Source: Eledone cirrhosa (taxonomy: Eukaryota). From it: 64,000 nt of DNA. The stretch is from positions 72,292,001 through 72,356,000 of the forward strand of contig OZ024742.1 in assembly GCA_964016885.1 (NCBI GenBank), given 5' to 3'. Below the pieces are notes generated by a model. The model searched no databases. It worked only from the letters and a program-made list of their open reading frames with translations, and was not told the origin of the DNA. Numbering within the stretch: the stretch's first letter is position 1; each line of letters opens with the position of its first letter. Below are positions 12,810 through 24,330 of this stretch, piece after piece. A program made the translations under genes and the position numbers.

Positions 12810-14135
12810 GTGCGACGCACTAAGCTACAGGCACATTTCGGCCAAACGCCACCGGCTCCGGACGCCCCAGACCCGTTTCTCGCCCTGGGCCGACGACCAT
12901 CTTCTTGGACGCCGGCCCCAGGGCAATTTAGCACCCTGGACGCCTTCGTTGATGCCAGCCGTAGCGCAGTAAATCGTTTCGACTTCCGCCACCGTTCCAA
13001 ACGGTACAATATCTCACGGGGCGAACTCCTCGCTCTCCGCTCCCTCCGTAGCCGAGATGACATCGTCATCAAACCGGCGGACAAGGGAGGCGCCGTAGTG
13101 GTGTGGCGCGCGGACCTCTACACGGCCGAAGCCCTCAGGCAGCTCTGTAACCCCCTCTTCTACCACCCTCTACCCTCCGATCCCACCCCCCTCTACCAAC
13201 AACAAGTCTCCTCCACCATCAAAGACCTTATCGCCTCCCCCCCCCCCCACACCGCTTCCCACCTCATCGTCCGCACCCCCCGCACCCCCACCATCTACTT
13301 CCTCCCCAAACTCCACAAACCCGACAACCCCGGCCGCCCCATCGTCTCCGCTTGCAACTGCCCCACCGAACTCATCTCCGTCTTTCTCGACTCCCTCCTC
13401 GCCCCCCTTGTCACCACCCTCCCCTCCCACATCTCCGACACCAACCACGCCCTGCGCCTTTTCGACTCCTTCACCTACCCACACGGCCCACAGCCCTTCC
13501 TCTTCACCCTAGACATCAAGTCCCTCTATACCGTCATCCCCCACGCCGACGGCCTACGCGCCCTCAAACACTACCTCGACCTTCGCCCCTCCCCCATTCC
13601 CTCCACCCCCACCCTCCTTCGCCTCGCCGAGCTGGTCCTCACCCTGAATTGTTTCTCCTTCTCGGGTGAGTTTTACCAACAGGTCACGGGGGTAGCCATG
13701 GGTACAAGAATGGGCCCGAACTATGCCAACCTTTTTGTTGGCCATGTTGAGGCCCAAATCTTTGCCCAGTACACCGGCCCCACGCCCGAACTGTACGGTC
13801 GTTACATTGACGACTGTATCGGAGCCACGACCCTCACCCGAGAACAGCTCGACTCCTTTCTCTCCTTCTTCTGCTCCTTCCACCCCTCCCTCCACTTCAC
13901 CACCTCTATCTCCACCACCCACGTCCACTTCTTAGACATCTCCGTCGCCTTCGACCCCTCCCACCACTCCCTCGTCACCTCCGCCTTCTTCAAACCCACC
14001 GACTCCCACTCTTACCTCGACTTCACCTCTTCCCACCCACCCACACTAAACACTCCATTCCCTACTCCCAACTTCTCAGGATCCGCCGCCTCTGTAGCCG
14101 AGATGCTGACTTTGAGTCCCAGGCCCTTTCCCTAG
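12810..14135 (+). CDS. PLE reverse transcriptase core (largest open segment)
   Basis: 441-aa ORF with PLE RT motifs including YIDD. Confidence 0.9.
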   Translation: MRRTKLQAHFGQTPPAPDAPDPFLALGRRPSSWTPAPGQFSTLDAFVDASRSAVNRFDFRHRSKRYNISRGELLALRSLRSRDDIVIKPADKGGAVVVWRADLYTAEALRQLCNPLFYHPLPSDPTPLYQQQVSSTIKDLIASPPPHTASHLIVRTPRTPTIYFLPKLHKPDNPGRPIVSACNCPTELISVFLDSLLAPLVTTLPSHISDTNHALRLFDSFTYPHGPQPFLFTLDIKSLYTVIPHADGLRALKHYLDLRPSPIPSTPTLLRLAELVLTLNCFSFSGEFYQQVTGVAMGTRMGPNYANLFVGHVEAQIFAQYTGPTPELYGRYIDDCIGATTLTREQLDSFLSFFCSFHPSLHFTTSISTTHVHFLDISVAFDPSHHSLVTSAFFKPTDSHSYLDFTSSHPPTLNTPFPTPNFSGSAASVAEMLTLSPRPFP

Positions 14136-16330
14136 TCAGCCATTTCATCCGCAGAGGTTACCCCCCTCTCTCGTCCACACCGCTCTCACCCGCGCCCGTG
14201 CTGTCCCCCGCTCCACCACCCTCACCCCACGCCACCGCACACGCACCCACCGTCTCCCCTTCCCCATCACCTACCACCCCTCCACCATCCGCCGCCTCTT
14301 CCGACGCCTCCAGTCCGACCCCTTCACCTCCCACATCTTCCCAACCCCACCACTCCCCTCCTTCAAACGCGCACGCAATCTCCGCACCCTCCTCGTCGAC
14401 AGCTCCCTACCCCCCAACCCACGCTCTGTCCCCCCCCCCGGTTCCTTTCCCTGTTCTAGGCCCCGCTGCAACACCTGTCCCCACATCACCAACACCACCA
14501 CCTTCCAGGGTCCCAACGGCCACTCTCTCTCTGTCCGGCATGCCTTCCGCTGCACCTCCTCCAACCTAGTCTACGGACTACAGCGCGACTTATGTCGGAC
14601 AGACGGGACGTCGCCTGGCGGACCGATTCACTGAGCACCTCCGGGATATTCGTCTCGGGGGTAGTTCCCCCATCGCCCGCCACTTTGGTGGCCCTGGACA
14701 TTCCGCACGCCATCTCACAGTCTGTGGCCTACTCCAGTGCCACGGAACGCCCGCCAATCGCCTTACGGTCGAACAACGAACTATCTTCATCTTACAGACC
14801 CACACTCCTCCCGGCCTGAACTCCCCACCCTTATTCCTTTAGCCTTCGACCGCCCCCCTCCCCCTACACTTATCCCCCACTAACACCACTAACACACCCC
14901 TCCTTTTCACCGCCCACGCCACAACTAACAATACTAACACCTCCACTCCACCCCTCATCTGACCACCCTTCCCCAACTAACATACTAACATCCCTCCCTT
15001 CTTCTCCTCCTCCTTATCACACGCACACACCCACCGGCACATATATACACGCGCTCACACTAAACACACACCCTACTACCACCACTAACCCTCACCCCCA
15101 CACCTCCATCCCACCACCCCGCAACTAACCCCACTAACACCCCCTAACCCCAAGCACACGAACACACGCACCCACTTACACCACCCACCCCACACGCAAC
15201 TAACATCACTAACACCCCCCAACCCCACGCACACGTACCCACACACCCACGTACACCACCAACTCTACACACCCTACCACCACTAACCCCCACTCACACC
15301 TGCATTCAACCCCTCCCCACCTCCCGTATACTAACACCCACTAACACCCCTTCATCAAACTACACACACACCAGTACACCACACTCCCTCCATAGAACCA
15401 CACACACCCTTCTCTCCCCGCTCCACCCACACCCTCGCTCCACACTCACTCATCCCACTAACATCTCTACTAATACACACACACACACACCCTCCTCACT
15501 CCAACTTTCACACCTACCCATCCTCGCCCCTTTACCATTCCACCGACTGCTGCTATGCCCTCTGACCACCTCCCAGCACAAACAGACACACAGCACTCCC
15601 ACTGCTTGACCACTTCCTGTTGCGCGCGCACCCCACATCTCTCCTCTTCCGACCATCTCTTCATGGAATACCCGCACGCAGAAATTGACCAACCCAGAAT
15701 CCACTAAACACCTTTGGAATGTACCTACTTTTCAACCATCCTCTTACGTAATCACCTATATAACTCACCCACACACACACACCCCAAAAAAAATGTTTCT
15801 CCACACGCCACCTACACCCACAACACGCTTAAACCCCACACACAGTGCTTTCCACCACATATTTACACCCTCAGCCTCCTGATTCCTCTCCCCCCACCCC
15901 TCTATCCACACACGCACAGACACTCCGACCCCCCCCCCCCACACACACACACCTCTTCCTGAACATGCAACCCCGTTCTTCCCCCAACCCTTACTTTCAC
16001 ATACACACACACACACACGTACACCTACACACACACACCACCTTCAGCCCTTCCCGCTCGGACACTCCGTCTCCATCTCCCCACTCCACCCGCCACCAGC
16101 CCTAGTCACCCCACACCCTTCCACCACCTGTTTTACCCCCCTTTTAATTTCAGTTTATTTTGATCATGCTTTTATATTTAAATTTATTTCATTCCTTGTA
16201 TTTTGATCATGCTTTATTATTATTTTTATCTTTATTTTTTTTTTTTTTTCATTCGCACCGTTTCCTTTCGCTATATGTCTCTCCACCACTCCCCTACACA
16301 CCCTTTGAACTCTGTTCCCACACACTTCTC

Positions 16331-16362
16331 ACCTGAGGAAGGGCTTATGCCCGAAACGTCGT
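16331..16362 (+). ncRNA. Minimal hammerhead-like motif in the Neptune-like pLTR
   Basis: CUGAGGA-A-GGGC-UUAU-GCCC-GAAA-CG-UC. Stem I is weak. Confidence 0.65.
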
Positions 16363-16456
16363 CCCCCACCAACACCCCACTCTCCAGAGCGTGAAATTAA
16401 TAAACATTCGTTGTACTGCCTCTTTGTTTTGTCCCTGTTCAAATTTTTCCATTATA

Positions 16457-16550
<94 letters not shown>

Positions 16551-16573
16551 GAGAGAGATACATATATATATAT

Positions 16574-16975
16574 GGTGGCTGCCAACTCGTTTTCGAGTAC
16601 GGCCACTACTTTATATCCATGTAGGAGAACCCCTACCGATGCGCTGAACGAGGGTGACTTTTTAGTCCAGCCAGCGACTTGAAAACTCTGGTACAAACAC
16701 CACACTTGTGACAATTATTGACACATAGTGCTGGGCCCATGGTACCATGTGACGACAAGTGCAGAGAGATCTCCAGATATAAAGCAATGCCTGTGCCGTG
16801 AAGCTTTTATAGTGAGCAAAGGCACTGCACAAAGCCAGTCCCACTCTCTTAACCAAGATGATATTTACCAAAAAGAAGAACAAGTCAACATCATTGGATA
16901 CCATCAGGGTTGCAGGTGTTATATCAGAGTTTTCCTTCTCCTAGAATTCTGCCTTGACAAAGGCTAAGGGGTCAT
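16574..16975. repeat. Unclassified dispersed repeat
   Basis: Diverged copies at about 42905-43120 and, inverted, at about 55380-55585. Confidence 0.5.
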
Positions 16976-17029
16976 CTCTCTCTCTATATATATATATACG
17001 GGTATAAAAGATTAAAGTAGTTACCTCTC

Positions 17030-17535
17030 TGACATGAGTATCCATCCCAACCATTTGCGCAGCTTGAACCACATTCACCTGTCATCATATTGCAGGCGTT
17101 AACATCTTCGCAGTGACAAACATATTGACATCTCGGGCCAAAATGTCCCACTTCACACCTACTGACGGCTGCAAATGGAATAAATAAGAAGAAAAATATT
17201 ATGTCTAAACTAGGTATCGCCCGACCTTTTTATACCATGGTCAGCTGCAATAAAGTTGAGAGAATCTGGCGTTCCAACCTACCAAATTCCTCCAAGGTAA
17301 TACTCTTTCAACTTACAATACAACCAATTCTACTTTACAGAAGAGGAACTTAGATACTTATCAAAATCTCGATGTAGCATATACAAACTTGCTTTGTCGA
17401 GCTCAAACCATAAGCTGGAGGCAACAAAGCGATGGTCTCCTTCGTATTTCTGATATTGTACGTAAGAAAAGGGCAAGATTTACAGGGTATTGCTATAGTG
17501 CCTAAAATGATGTGCCTCTTTTAGTGATATGGAGG
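17030..17535 (+). mobile_element. Decayed RTE/RTE-X-like LINE fragment
   Basis: Relic resembles the LDxxYTxLL.RAQNISW...ARFxGxCY pattern of the post-RT region. Confidence 0.45.
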
Positions 17536-17569
17536 TACGGATGTATACATACATTGTGTTATAAACTGA

Positions 17570-17730
17570 AGTGGTGAATTGGCAGAGTTGTTAAAACATA
17601 GGATAGAATGCTTTGCGATATTCGTTCCGGCCCTCTTCTCTCTAAAGTTAAAATCCCGCCGAGGTCAACTTTGCCTTCCATCCTTTTGAGGTCGATAAAA
17701 TAAATACCAATCTAGTACTGGGGTTGATTC
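17570..17730 (+). mobile_element. tRNA-type SINE (abundant cephalopod-like family)
   Basis: Core aaatcccgccgaggtcaactttgcctt.catcc...ggtcgataaaataa.tacca is shared with six other copies in the window. Confidence 0.75.
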
Positions 17731-17758
17731 TTCCTCTATTTCTCCACTTTCTCCCCCA

Positions 17759-17847
<89 letters not shown>

Positions 17848-18160
17848 CTCTCTCAATCATTCTCTGGAAAAAATCTGCTGTGTTCAGACCTGGAAAGAGA
17901 TGGGCACCGCCAGACCTAAAATGCCCAAGAAAGGCTATATGCCCCTGCGGCGTCCCTATAACTACATCAGGAGTTACGGGATTAGCCGTCCCCGTTAGAA
18001 GCCGGTGTTACAGCATGGTCTTAGCAATGGGAGATAAAACAAACTAAAGAAATGATGAAATACATGTTTTATTGCGTTTTGTTAATTTTTTAAACTTTCT
18101 TTTACTGGTTTCAGTCAATTGACTGAAGCCTTAGTTATTTTTCTGTGAAGGGTATCTTAC

Positions 18161-18224
18161 CTATAACATGGGGTAAAAAAAGGATGGCCAGAAGGAAATT
18201 GAATAGACTCAACTTTGATGCCAT
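18161..18224 (-). CDS. Host gene signal-peptide coding exon (whole exon 18161-18240)
   Basis: Acceptor tttttttctctttcctctcttgcag at 18241, ATG at 18224 giving MASKLSLFNFLLAILFLPHVI, then G|GTAAGA donor at 18160. Phase 1 is compatible with the lectin exon. Confidence 0.8.
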
Positions 18225-18588
18225 CGTCAAATGGTAAGTCCTGCAAGAGAGGAAAGAGAAAAAAATAATGTTTGTCAAAATACTTTGTCAACTCATTACT
18301 CAATTGAATCAGTAGATAAACCAACAATATATCTACTTGATTTTACATCAATAAAATTATAGTTAAAGTGAAGGTGTCTGTTAAAATGAAGGAAGCTTAT
18401 CGATTCACGATCATATGGTCATGAGTTCGATTCCTGGTGGTGTATTGTGTCCTTGAACAAAACATTTTACTTAACATTACTTCAGTGCACTCTGTGTAAA
18501 GATACTTGTTTTCCTGGACCTTCCACCTCTGGTCGCTTCAGCCATCGCCGTATTTCATTTTACATTCACAAAAGTCAGTTGAAATAAT

Positions 18589-18773
18589 TGTTTCTACTTT
18601 TGGCACAAGGCCAGCAATCATCCAGTGCATTACTGGTACTTTATTTTATCGACCCCGTAAGGATGAAAGGCAAAGTTAACCTCGGCGGGATTTGAACTCA
18701 GATCATAAAGGGACGTAACTCTATGCTTCAAAGCATGGTGTCCGACTCTCTACCGATACTGCCAATCCACCGA
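18589..18773 (-). mobile_element. SINE with 14-bp TSD
   Basis: TSD tcagttgaaataat at 18575-18588 and 18774-18787. Confidence 0.85.
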
Positions 18774-18812
18774 TCAGTTGAAATAATGTTCTTCCATATT
18801 GTCTGTAATCAT

Positions 18813-19230
18813 CAGTATCGGTAGAGCGTCAAACATCATGCTTTGCAGCAGAGAGTTATGGCCCTTTGCGTTCTGATTTTAAATCCCGCCAAGGTTAGCT
18901 TTGACTTTCATCGTTACGGGGTCACTGGGGTCGATTTAATCGACTTTTCCCTCCGCTTCAAATCGCTGGCATTGTGCCTAAAGTAGAAATGATTATGAAA
19001 CACCTATGCCGGGCGGTGGATTGGCAGTATCAGTAGAGGGTCGGACGCCATGCTTTGCAACATAGTGTTACGGCCCTTTATGATCTAAGTGTAAATCCCG
19101 TCACGGTTAACTTTGCCTTTCATCCTTACGGGGTCGATAAAATAAAGTACCAGTCACGCGCTGGGATCGATTTAATCGACTTTCCCCTCCCCACAAAAAT
19201 TGCTGGCCTTGTGCCTATATAAGAAACCAC
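18813..19230 (+). mobile_element. Two adjacent copies of the same SINE
   Basis: Copies at about 18813-18992 and 19010-19230. The second is flanked by an imperfect repeat tat(g/t)aaaca(c/t)ctatgc. Confidence 0.8.
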
Positions 19231-19457
19231 TATTAAACATCTATGCAAAAAATTACGATAACCAAGTTCTATCTATCTATCTATCTGTCTGTCTGTCTGT
19301 CTATTTTCGGACTGCTATTGGGATTCGTACCTTTTTGTTGTAGTTGCTACTGTTTAGGTCTGAAGATAGATAAATACAAAAATAGATAGCTATAGACAGG
19401 CAGACAGACAGGTAGGTAGGTAGGTAGGTAGGTAGATAGATAGATAGATAGATAGAT

Positions 19458-20614
19458 ATCTTTATTTGCCACAAGGGCGTACAAAAACGGGACATTACAT
19501 AACGTGACGGCGGGGGTTTTACATAAAATCTTTAACAATAATAGTTTCTACTTTTGGCACAAGGCCAGCAATTACCCAGTGCATTACTGGTACTTTATTT
19601 TATCGACCCCGTAAGGATGAAAGGCAAAGTTAACCTCGGCGGGATTTGAACTCAGAATAGCAAGGGCCGTAACTCCATGCGTCAAAGCATGGCGTCCGAC
19701 CCTCTACCGATACGGCCAATCCACCATCTTTAACAATAATGGATGATAGTAAACTATATAAAAATAAAATAAAACAATCGAAATCCCCAATAGTGGGGAA
19801 CGTTACTGCGGGGTTGTTTTACACCCCGTGGATAGAACAACCCTCAACACCAGGAGCACGTGTTGTAGGTGTTCCCGTCTTCCCTCTGTTTGTCTTCCTC
19901 AACCTACCTGTTTATATACTGAGAAGGCCCATTCACTCGGGCCATTTTCGCCACATTCACCCACCTTTCAGCGAATTTACCGGGGTGTAGCACCTCTCTC
20001 TCCACTCTCACCTTCCTTCTGAAGGGGCACTTAAAGAAGGGGGTGAGTTGTTGTCCGGAGAGAAAGGTGTTTGCCCTTAGTCCTTTTAACCTCGTCCACC
20101 ATATTACCTCTTTCGCCATAGCCACCAGACAGAGGGAAATCGCCTCTCCTTCATTCTTAAATGAAGACGGCGGGGTGATCCTCACGATGGACTGGGCTGA
20201 CAACTCGATGCATCCCACACGTGATAGTAGCTGTTCGACATAATTCCACAGGTCGGTCACCCCTGGGCACTGAACAATTGCGTGCAGGACGGTTTCAATG
20301 TCCTGCTCGCATCTTGGACAGGTCCTTTTGGCAGGATCTCTGCCAGGGTGTCCGTGCCTGTAGATTTTGTCTTTAACTGGTAGAGTTCCTCGGTAGCACT
20401 GCCAGGCCAGAGGCCTCTGAAAGTTATCCATAGTTCCTGGACGGAAAGTCCTCCCGAACAGACTGGTCAGTTCGTCCTCCTCGATGCCTAGTTTCCCCGA
20501 GAACGTCGTCGCACTTATCCTCCACTAATCCGCTATAGAATGTCGAAGTGGAGTCTCCGCTGATTGCCGTTTCCGCTTGGTAGAGGGCTGTGCGTGCCTG
20601 AAGGCACTCGAGGT

Positions 20615-20615
<1 letters not shown>
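19458..20615 (-). mobile_element. 5'-truncated L1/Tx1-like LINE (copy A)
   Basis: ORF 19904-20431 is homologous to the ORF2 C-terminus of 20860-24297. Ends AATAAA-GA-(TATC)n, with GATA repeats on both sides. Confidence 0.9.
19543..19725 (-). mobile_element. SINE nested in the 3' UTR of Tx1 copy A, 15-bp TSD
   Basis: TSD atctttaacaataat at 19528-19542 and 19726-19740. Confidence 0.88.
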
Positions 20616-20645
<30 letters not shown>

Positions 20646-20859
20646 TTCTTTATTTACCATAAAGGCATAAAAAGAAGGGACAAATACAAAGGGGGAGTTT
20701 ACATATAATCGAGTAAAAAGGGTGTAACATGAAAATAATCGAAAATAACCTCAAAAGGGAGGGGACGTGATGGGGGTTGCACACACCCCCGAAAAAGTGT
20801 GCAATCCTTTGCCCGGGGAGCACATGGAGAAGGTGCTCCCCTCTCCTTTACTTCTTTAC

Positions 20860-23800
20860 CTACAGGATGGTATACAGAGAAGGCCCATTTACACGAGCCA
20901 TTCTCGCCACTATCACCCACCTTTCATAAAACTGCCTGTGGCCAAGCACCTCTCTCTCCATTCTTATCCTTCTTCCGAAGTGATATCGGAAGAAGTAGAC
21001 CAGACTATGGCCAGAGAGGAAGTTGCCTGACCTCAGACCTTTCAATCGTGTCCACCAAACAACCTCTTTCAACATGGCTATTACGCACAGAAAAACCGCC
21101 TTTGCTTCCTTTGTGAAGAGGGGAGGCGGTTTGATTGTCATCACGGACTCGGCGGTCAATTTAATCGGCGCCACCCGCGACAGCAGTTGTTCGGCGTAGC
21201 CCCACAGATCAGCCACGCCCGGACATTGCACCAATGCGTGCGCAACGGTTTCTTCGTGACGCACGCATCTAGGGCAAATCTTTTTTGAGGGATCCCTGCC
21301 CGGGCGCCCGTGTCTGTAGAGCCTCTCTCGAACGGGTAGAGCCCCCCGGTAGCACTGCCAGGCCAGTGATTTCTGGAAGTTGTCCATTGGTCCTGGGCCG
21401 AAAGTCCTACCGAACAGGCTGGCCAGTTCGTCTTCTTCCATGTCCAGCGACTCTCCAAGGGTGTCATCGCCCCTGCTAGCCACCAGCCCTCTATAGAATG
21501 ATGAGGTGCATTCTCCACCGATGGCCTGGCCCGCTTGCCAGAGAGCCCTGAGCGCCTGAGCACACTCAGTGTGCCAGTCTCCCAGTTTTCCGGATCTTTG
21601 CTTGACCCATGACTGTAGCTCAGTGAGTGAGACGAGTCTCGGAAAGGCTCGTTTCACGAACGGAGCCCACACCGGTTGACCAGTGAGGAATACCTGTAGG
21701 TGCCGTAGCCTTAATGCGTGCCTACGCATCATCAACCACGGCATCCCCAGCCCTCCTTTCGAAGGTTGTTGGCAGCAGATGGATCTTTTCATCATAGGAG
21801 GACGCTTCTTCCAAAGAAATTGGAAGAGCATGCGTTCCATGGTGGTGAGTGTTTCCTTAGGGCAAGGCACGACAGTCAGGCGGTAGTAAGTGACGGACGC
21901 TATGTAAATGTTCGCCACCTCCGCCCGGCCTTTTAGGGACAGCTTACACTTGGCCCATTTCTGGGTTAGTGCAAACACCTTGTTCGTAACCTCGTTCCAG
22001 TTCTTTTCCACCTGGAGGTCCGGTCCGAACCAGACCCCAAGCAACTTTACCGGGCCCTCCGTCCAGTGTCCGACGACACCGTCAGGAGGCATCGGTTTGC
22101 CTCTCCACGTTCCGAGTTGCAGCCCGATGGATTTTTCCCGGTTCAGTTTCGCTCCTGACAACCTTTCGTACTCCTCCAGTAAGGTACCGATCGCCTCGAT
22201 CTCCGAGTCGGTTGATACCATTACTGTTACGTCATCGGCGTAGGCCGACACCGCTTTGCTCAATCCTGGTTCCAGGGGGATACCCTGCAACAACTCCAAC
22301 TTCCTCAGTAAAGGCTCGAGAGTCAATACGTACAGAAGGGAGGAGAGAGGGCACCCCTGTCGAATGGATCGTGTGATTTCGAACGGCTTCGAAAGGTAGC
22401 CGTTCACCTTGATCCTAGAACAGATGTGGTTGCTATGTAGGGCAGTGATCCAGCCTCTGAAAACAGGACCGAACCCAGCCGCCGCTAGCACCGCATCCAG
22501 GTAACCATGGTCGACCCTATCGAAGGCCTTAGACTGATCCAAGTTGATCAGGACCCCACCGAAGCCGGGTTTGTTGCCAACCCTCTCTATGATGTATCGC
22601 ATGAGGTGGCGGTTATCGTGAATGGACCTGGATGGGATAGCACATGTCTGCGCATCTCCCACCAGGCCACCCACGACAAGCGCCAACCTCTTTGCTAACA
22701 CCTTGGCCAAAATCTTTAACTCTGTGTTTAGCAGGGTTATGGGCCGAAAATTATTTATACTATCCCCCTTGTTCTCGTCCTTCCTCACCAGCGTGACTAC
22801 GCCCTTGGCTACAGAACAAGGAATTCTCCCGTTCTGCTGCCAATTGCAGTAGACCGCTTCGAGGAGTTCGGAGAAGAAGACCGGCATTGCTAAATAAAGT
22901 TCGTAAGGTATACCATCGAGACCTGGAGATTTGCGTCTGCTGCATTGGCTCAGCGCATCTCCGATCTCATCAGCCGAGATTGGTCCCTCGCAGGACTCTG
23001 CCTCTTCGTTCGAGAGACGCGGCAGGCCGTCGAGGTATGGACCGAAATCCACGCCCCGGCCCGGACCCTCGCCTCCCCCGAACAATCGGGCAAAGTGCTT
23101 TTGAAAGGCCTCGCACATCTGCTTAGGCTCCCGGATCACTCGTCCATCTTCGTCTTGCAACGACCGGATGGTGGATCGATTTCCACTCTTAGCTTCTGTC
23201 ACGCGGGCCCATCCAACGGCTTTGGCCCCCTCATTACCTAGAGCATGTATTTTACTTCGAATGACGCAGCCTTCGTGCTTTGCATCGAAAAACTGGTTCA
23301 AGGCCGTCCTCGATGCCAGCACTCTGGCCACATCTTCGCTCTTGATTGCCTCTTCTAATTTACCTGTTAATTCTTTCTCGTTTCTATTCCTATCGGCAGC
23401 TAACATCTTGCTATAACTTATTGATTCTGTTCTAATCTCTCTTTTGAGAGATGCCCACCATCGGTTGTTGACGATTGCACCCGTCAACCTCTCCTTAACT
23501 AATCTGCTAATCCGGTTTCTGTAAGTCTCTTTTGCCGGTAAAGACAAATTAAGTTTCCAGTAACCGGGACCCTGTCTATGTGTTTTCTCGAGATTGACCA
23601 CGCATGTCACTAATTTGTGATCCGTATAGCCAACCGTGCGCATTTCTGGACAGCTTAATATGTCCCTATCCTTACTTCTAACTAAGAATCTATCTAAGTA
23701 CGATCTAGATTGACCACTGTGGTTTCTCCAAGTCCAGGTAGGCACAGTTGGAAAATCTAGTCGATATCTATCGACCAAGTTAAAACGGTCGAGTAACCCC

Positions 23801-24297
23801 TTGAGGCTGTTACACCCCCCTCTATTAGGACATGTTCCTGCATAGTCCCAACGTGCATCCAGGATGTCATTCCAATCCCCCGCTAGAAGCAGGGAACGCG
23901 ACGTTCCCAGAAAAGTCTCCAAACGCTGGAAGAAGTCGGGCCGTTCAGCTCCGAAAGAGGAGTAGATGGCGACCAGTCTCAAGGCCGCACTTTCACTACT
24001 GCCAACGTCTAGCACCAACAAACGACCCTCCGGGTCCGAGTGCACAACCTGTACGGCAAGACCCAGGTGTTTTTGCAGCAGTACGACAACCCCACCCCCA
24101 CCTCCAGGTTGACAGAGAGATGCATGCACCTCAAAGTCATCGAAGGTGGGGGCCAGCTGCCGCACGACGCTGATTCGAGTCTCACAGATAACCATTACAT
24201 TTATACTACATGACCTGAGGTCATTTAAAAGCTTTGCTTGCTTCCAAGTTGAGCCCAGGCCACGTGCATTCAAACATCCTACTCTTAACACATCCAT
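20860..24297 (-). CDS. Tx1 ORF2: APE endonuclease, RT and C-terminal Cys motif (1145 aa, uninterrupted)
   Basis: LNARGL, ICET, GDWN, LDRFL, TDH; KSPGLDG, FRPITLLN, LDQSKAFDRV, RQGCPLS, AYADD; CPRC...H...C. Confidence 0.95.
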   Translation of the reverse strand: MDVLRVGCLNARGLGSTWKQAKLLNDLRSCSINVMVICETRISVVRQLAPTFDDFEVHASLCQPGGGGGVVVLLQKHLGLAVQVVHSDPEGRLLVLDVGSSESAALRLVAIYSSFGAERPDFFQRLETFLGTSRSLLLAGDWNDILDARWDYAGTCPNRGGCNSLKGLLDRFNLVDRYRLDFPTVPTWTWRNHSGQSRSYLDRFLVRSKDRDILSCPEMRTVGYTDHKLVTCVVNLEKTHRQGPGYWKLNLSLPAKETYRNRISRLVKERLTGAIVNNRWWASLKREIRTESISYSKMLAADRNRNEKELTGKLEEAIKSEDVARVLASRTALNQFFDAKHEGCVIRSKIHALGNEGAKAVGWARVTEAKSGNRSTIRSLQDEDGRVIREPKQMCEAFQKHFARLFGGGEGPGRGVDFGPYLDGLPRLSNEEAESCEGPISADEIGDALSQCSRRKSPGLDGIPYELYLAMPVFFSELLEAVYCNWQQNGRIPCSVAKGVVTLVRKDENKGDSINNFRPITLLNTELKILAKVLAKRLALVVGGLVGDAQTCAIPSRSIHDNRHLMRYIIERVGNKPGFGGVLINLDQSKAFDRVDHGYLDAVLAAAGFGPVFRGWITALHSNHICSRIKVNGYLSKPFEITRSIRQGCPLSSLLYVLTLEPLLRKLELLQGIPLEPGLSKAVSAYADDVTVMVSTDSEIEAIGTLLEEYERLSGAKLNREKSIGLQLGTWRGKPMPPDGVVGHWTEGPVKLLGVWFGPDLQVEKNWNEVTNKVFALTQKWAKCKLSLKGRAEVANIYIASVTYYRLTVVPCPKETLTTMERMLFQFLWKKRPPMMKRSICCQQPSKGGLGMPWLMMRRHALRLRHLQVFLTGQPVWAPFVKRAFPRLVSLTELQSWVKQRSGKLGDWHTECAQALRALWQAGQAIGGECTSSFYRGLVASRGDDTLGESLDMEEDELASLFGRTFGPGPMDNFQKSLAWQCYRGALPVRERLYRHGRPGRDPSKKICPRCVRHEETVAHALVQCPGVADLWGYAEQLLSRVAPIKLTAESVMTIKPPPLFTKEAKAVFLCVIAMLKEVVWWTRLKGLRSGNFLSGHSLVYFFRYHFGRRIRMEREVLGHRQFYERWVIVARMARVNGPSLYTIL

Positions 24298-24330
24298 GTG
24301 GGCGGCAGAGCCAAAGGAGAGTGTAGAGAC

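Larger units (their letters stand above)
11701..16450 (+). mobile_element. Near full-length Neptune-like Penelope element (RT plus C-terminal GIY-YIG)
   Basis: Frameshifted ORF about 12131-14842: KPADKGGAVVV, YFLPKLHK, LDIKSLYT, GVAMGTRMGPNYANLF, RYIDD, FPCSRPRCNTC, YVGQTGRRLADRFTEH. Long C-rich 3' region, hammerhead-like motif at 16333, AATAAA, ends at (TA)n. Confidence 0.92.
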
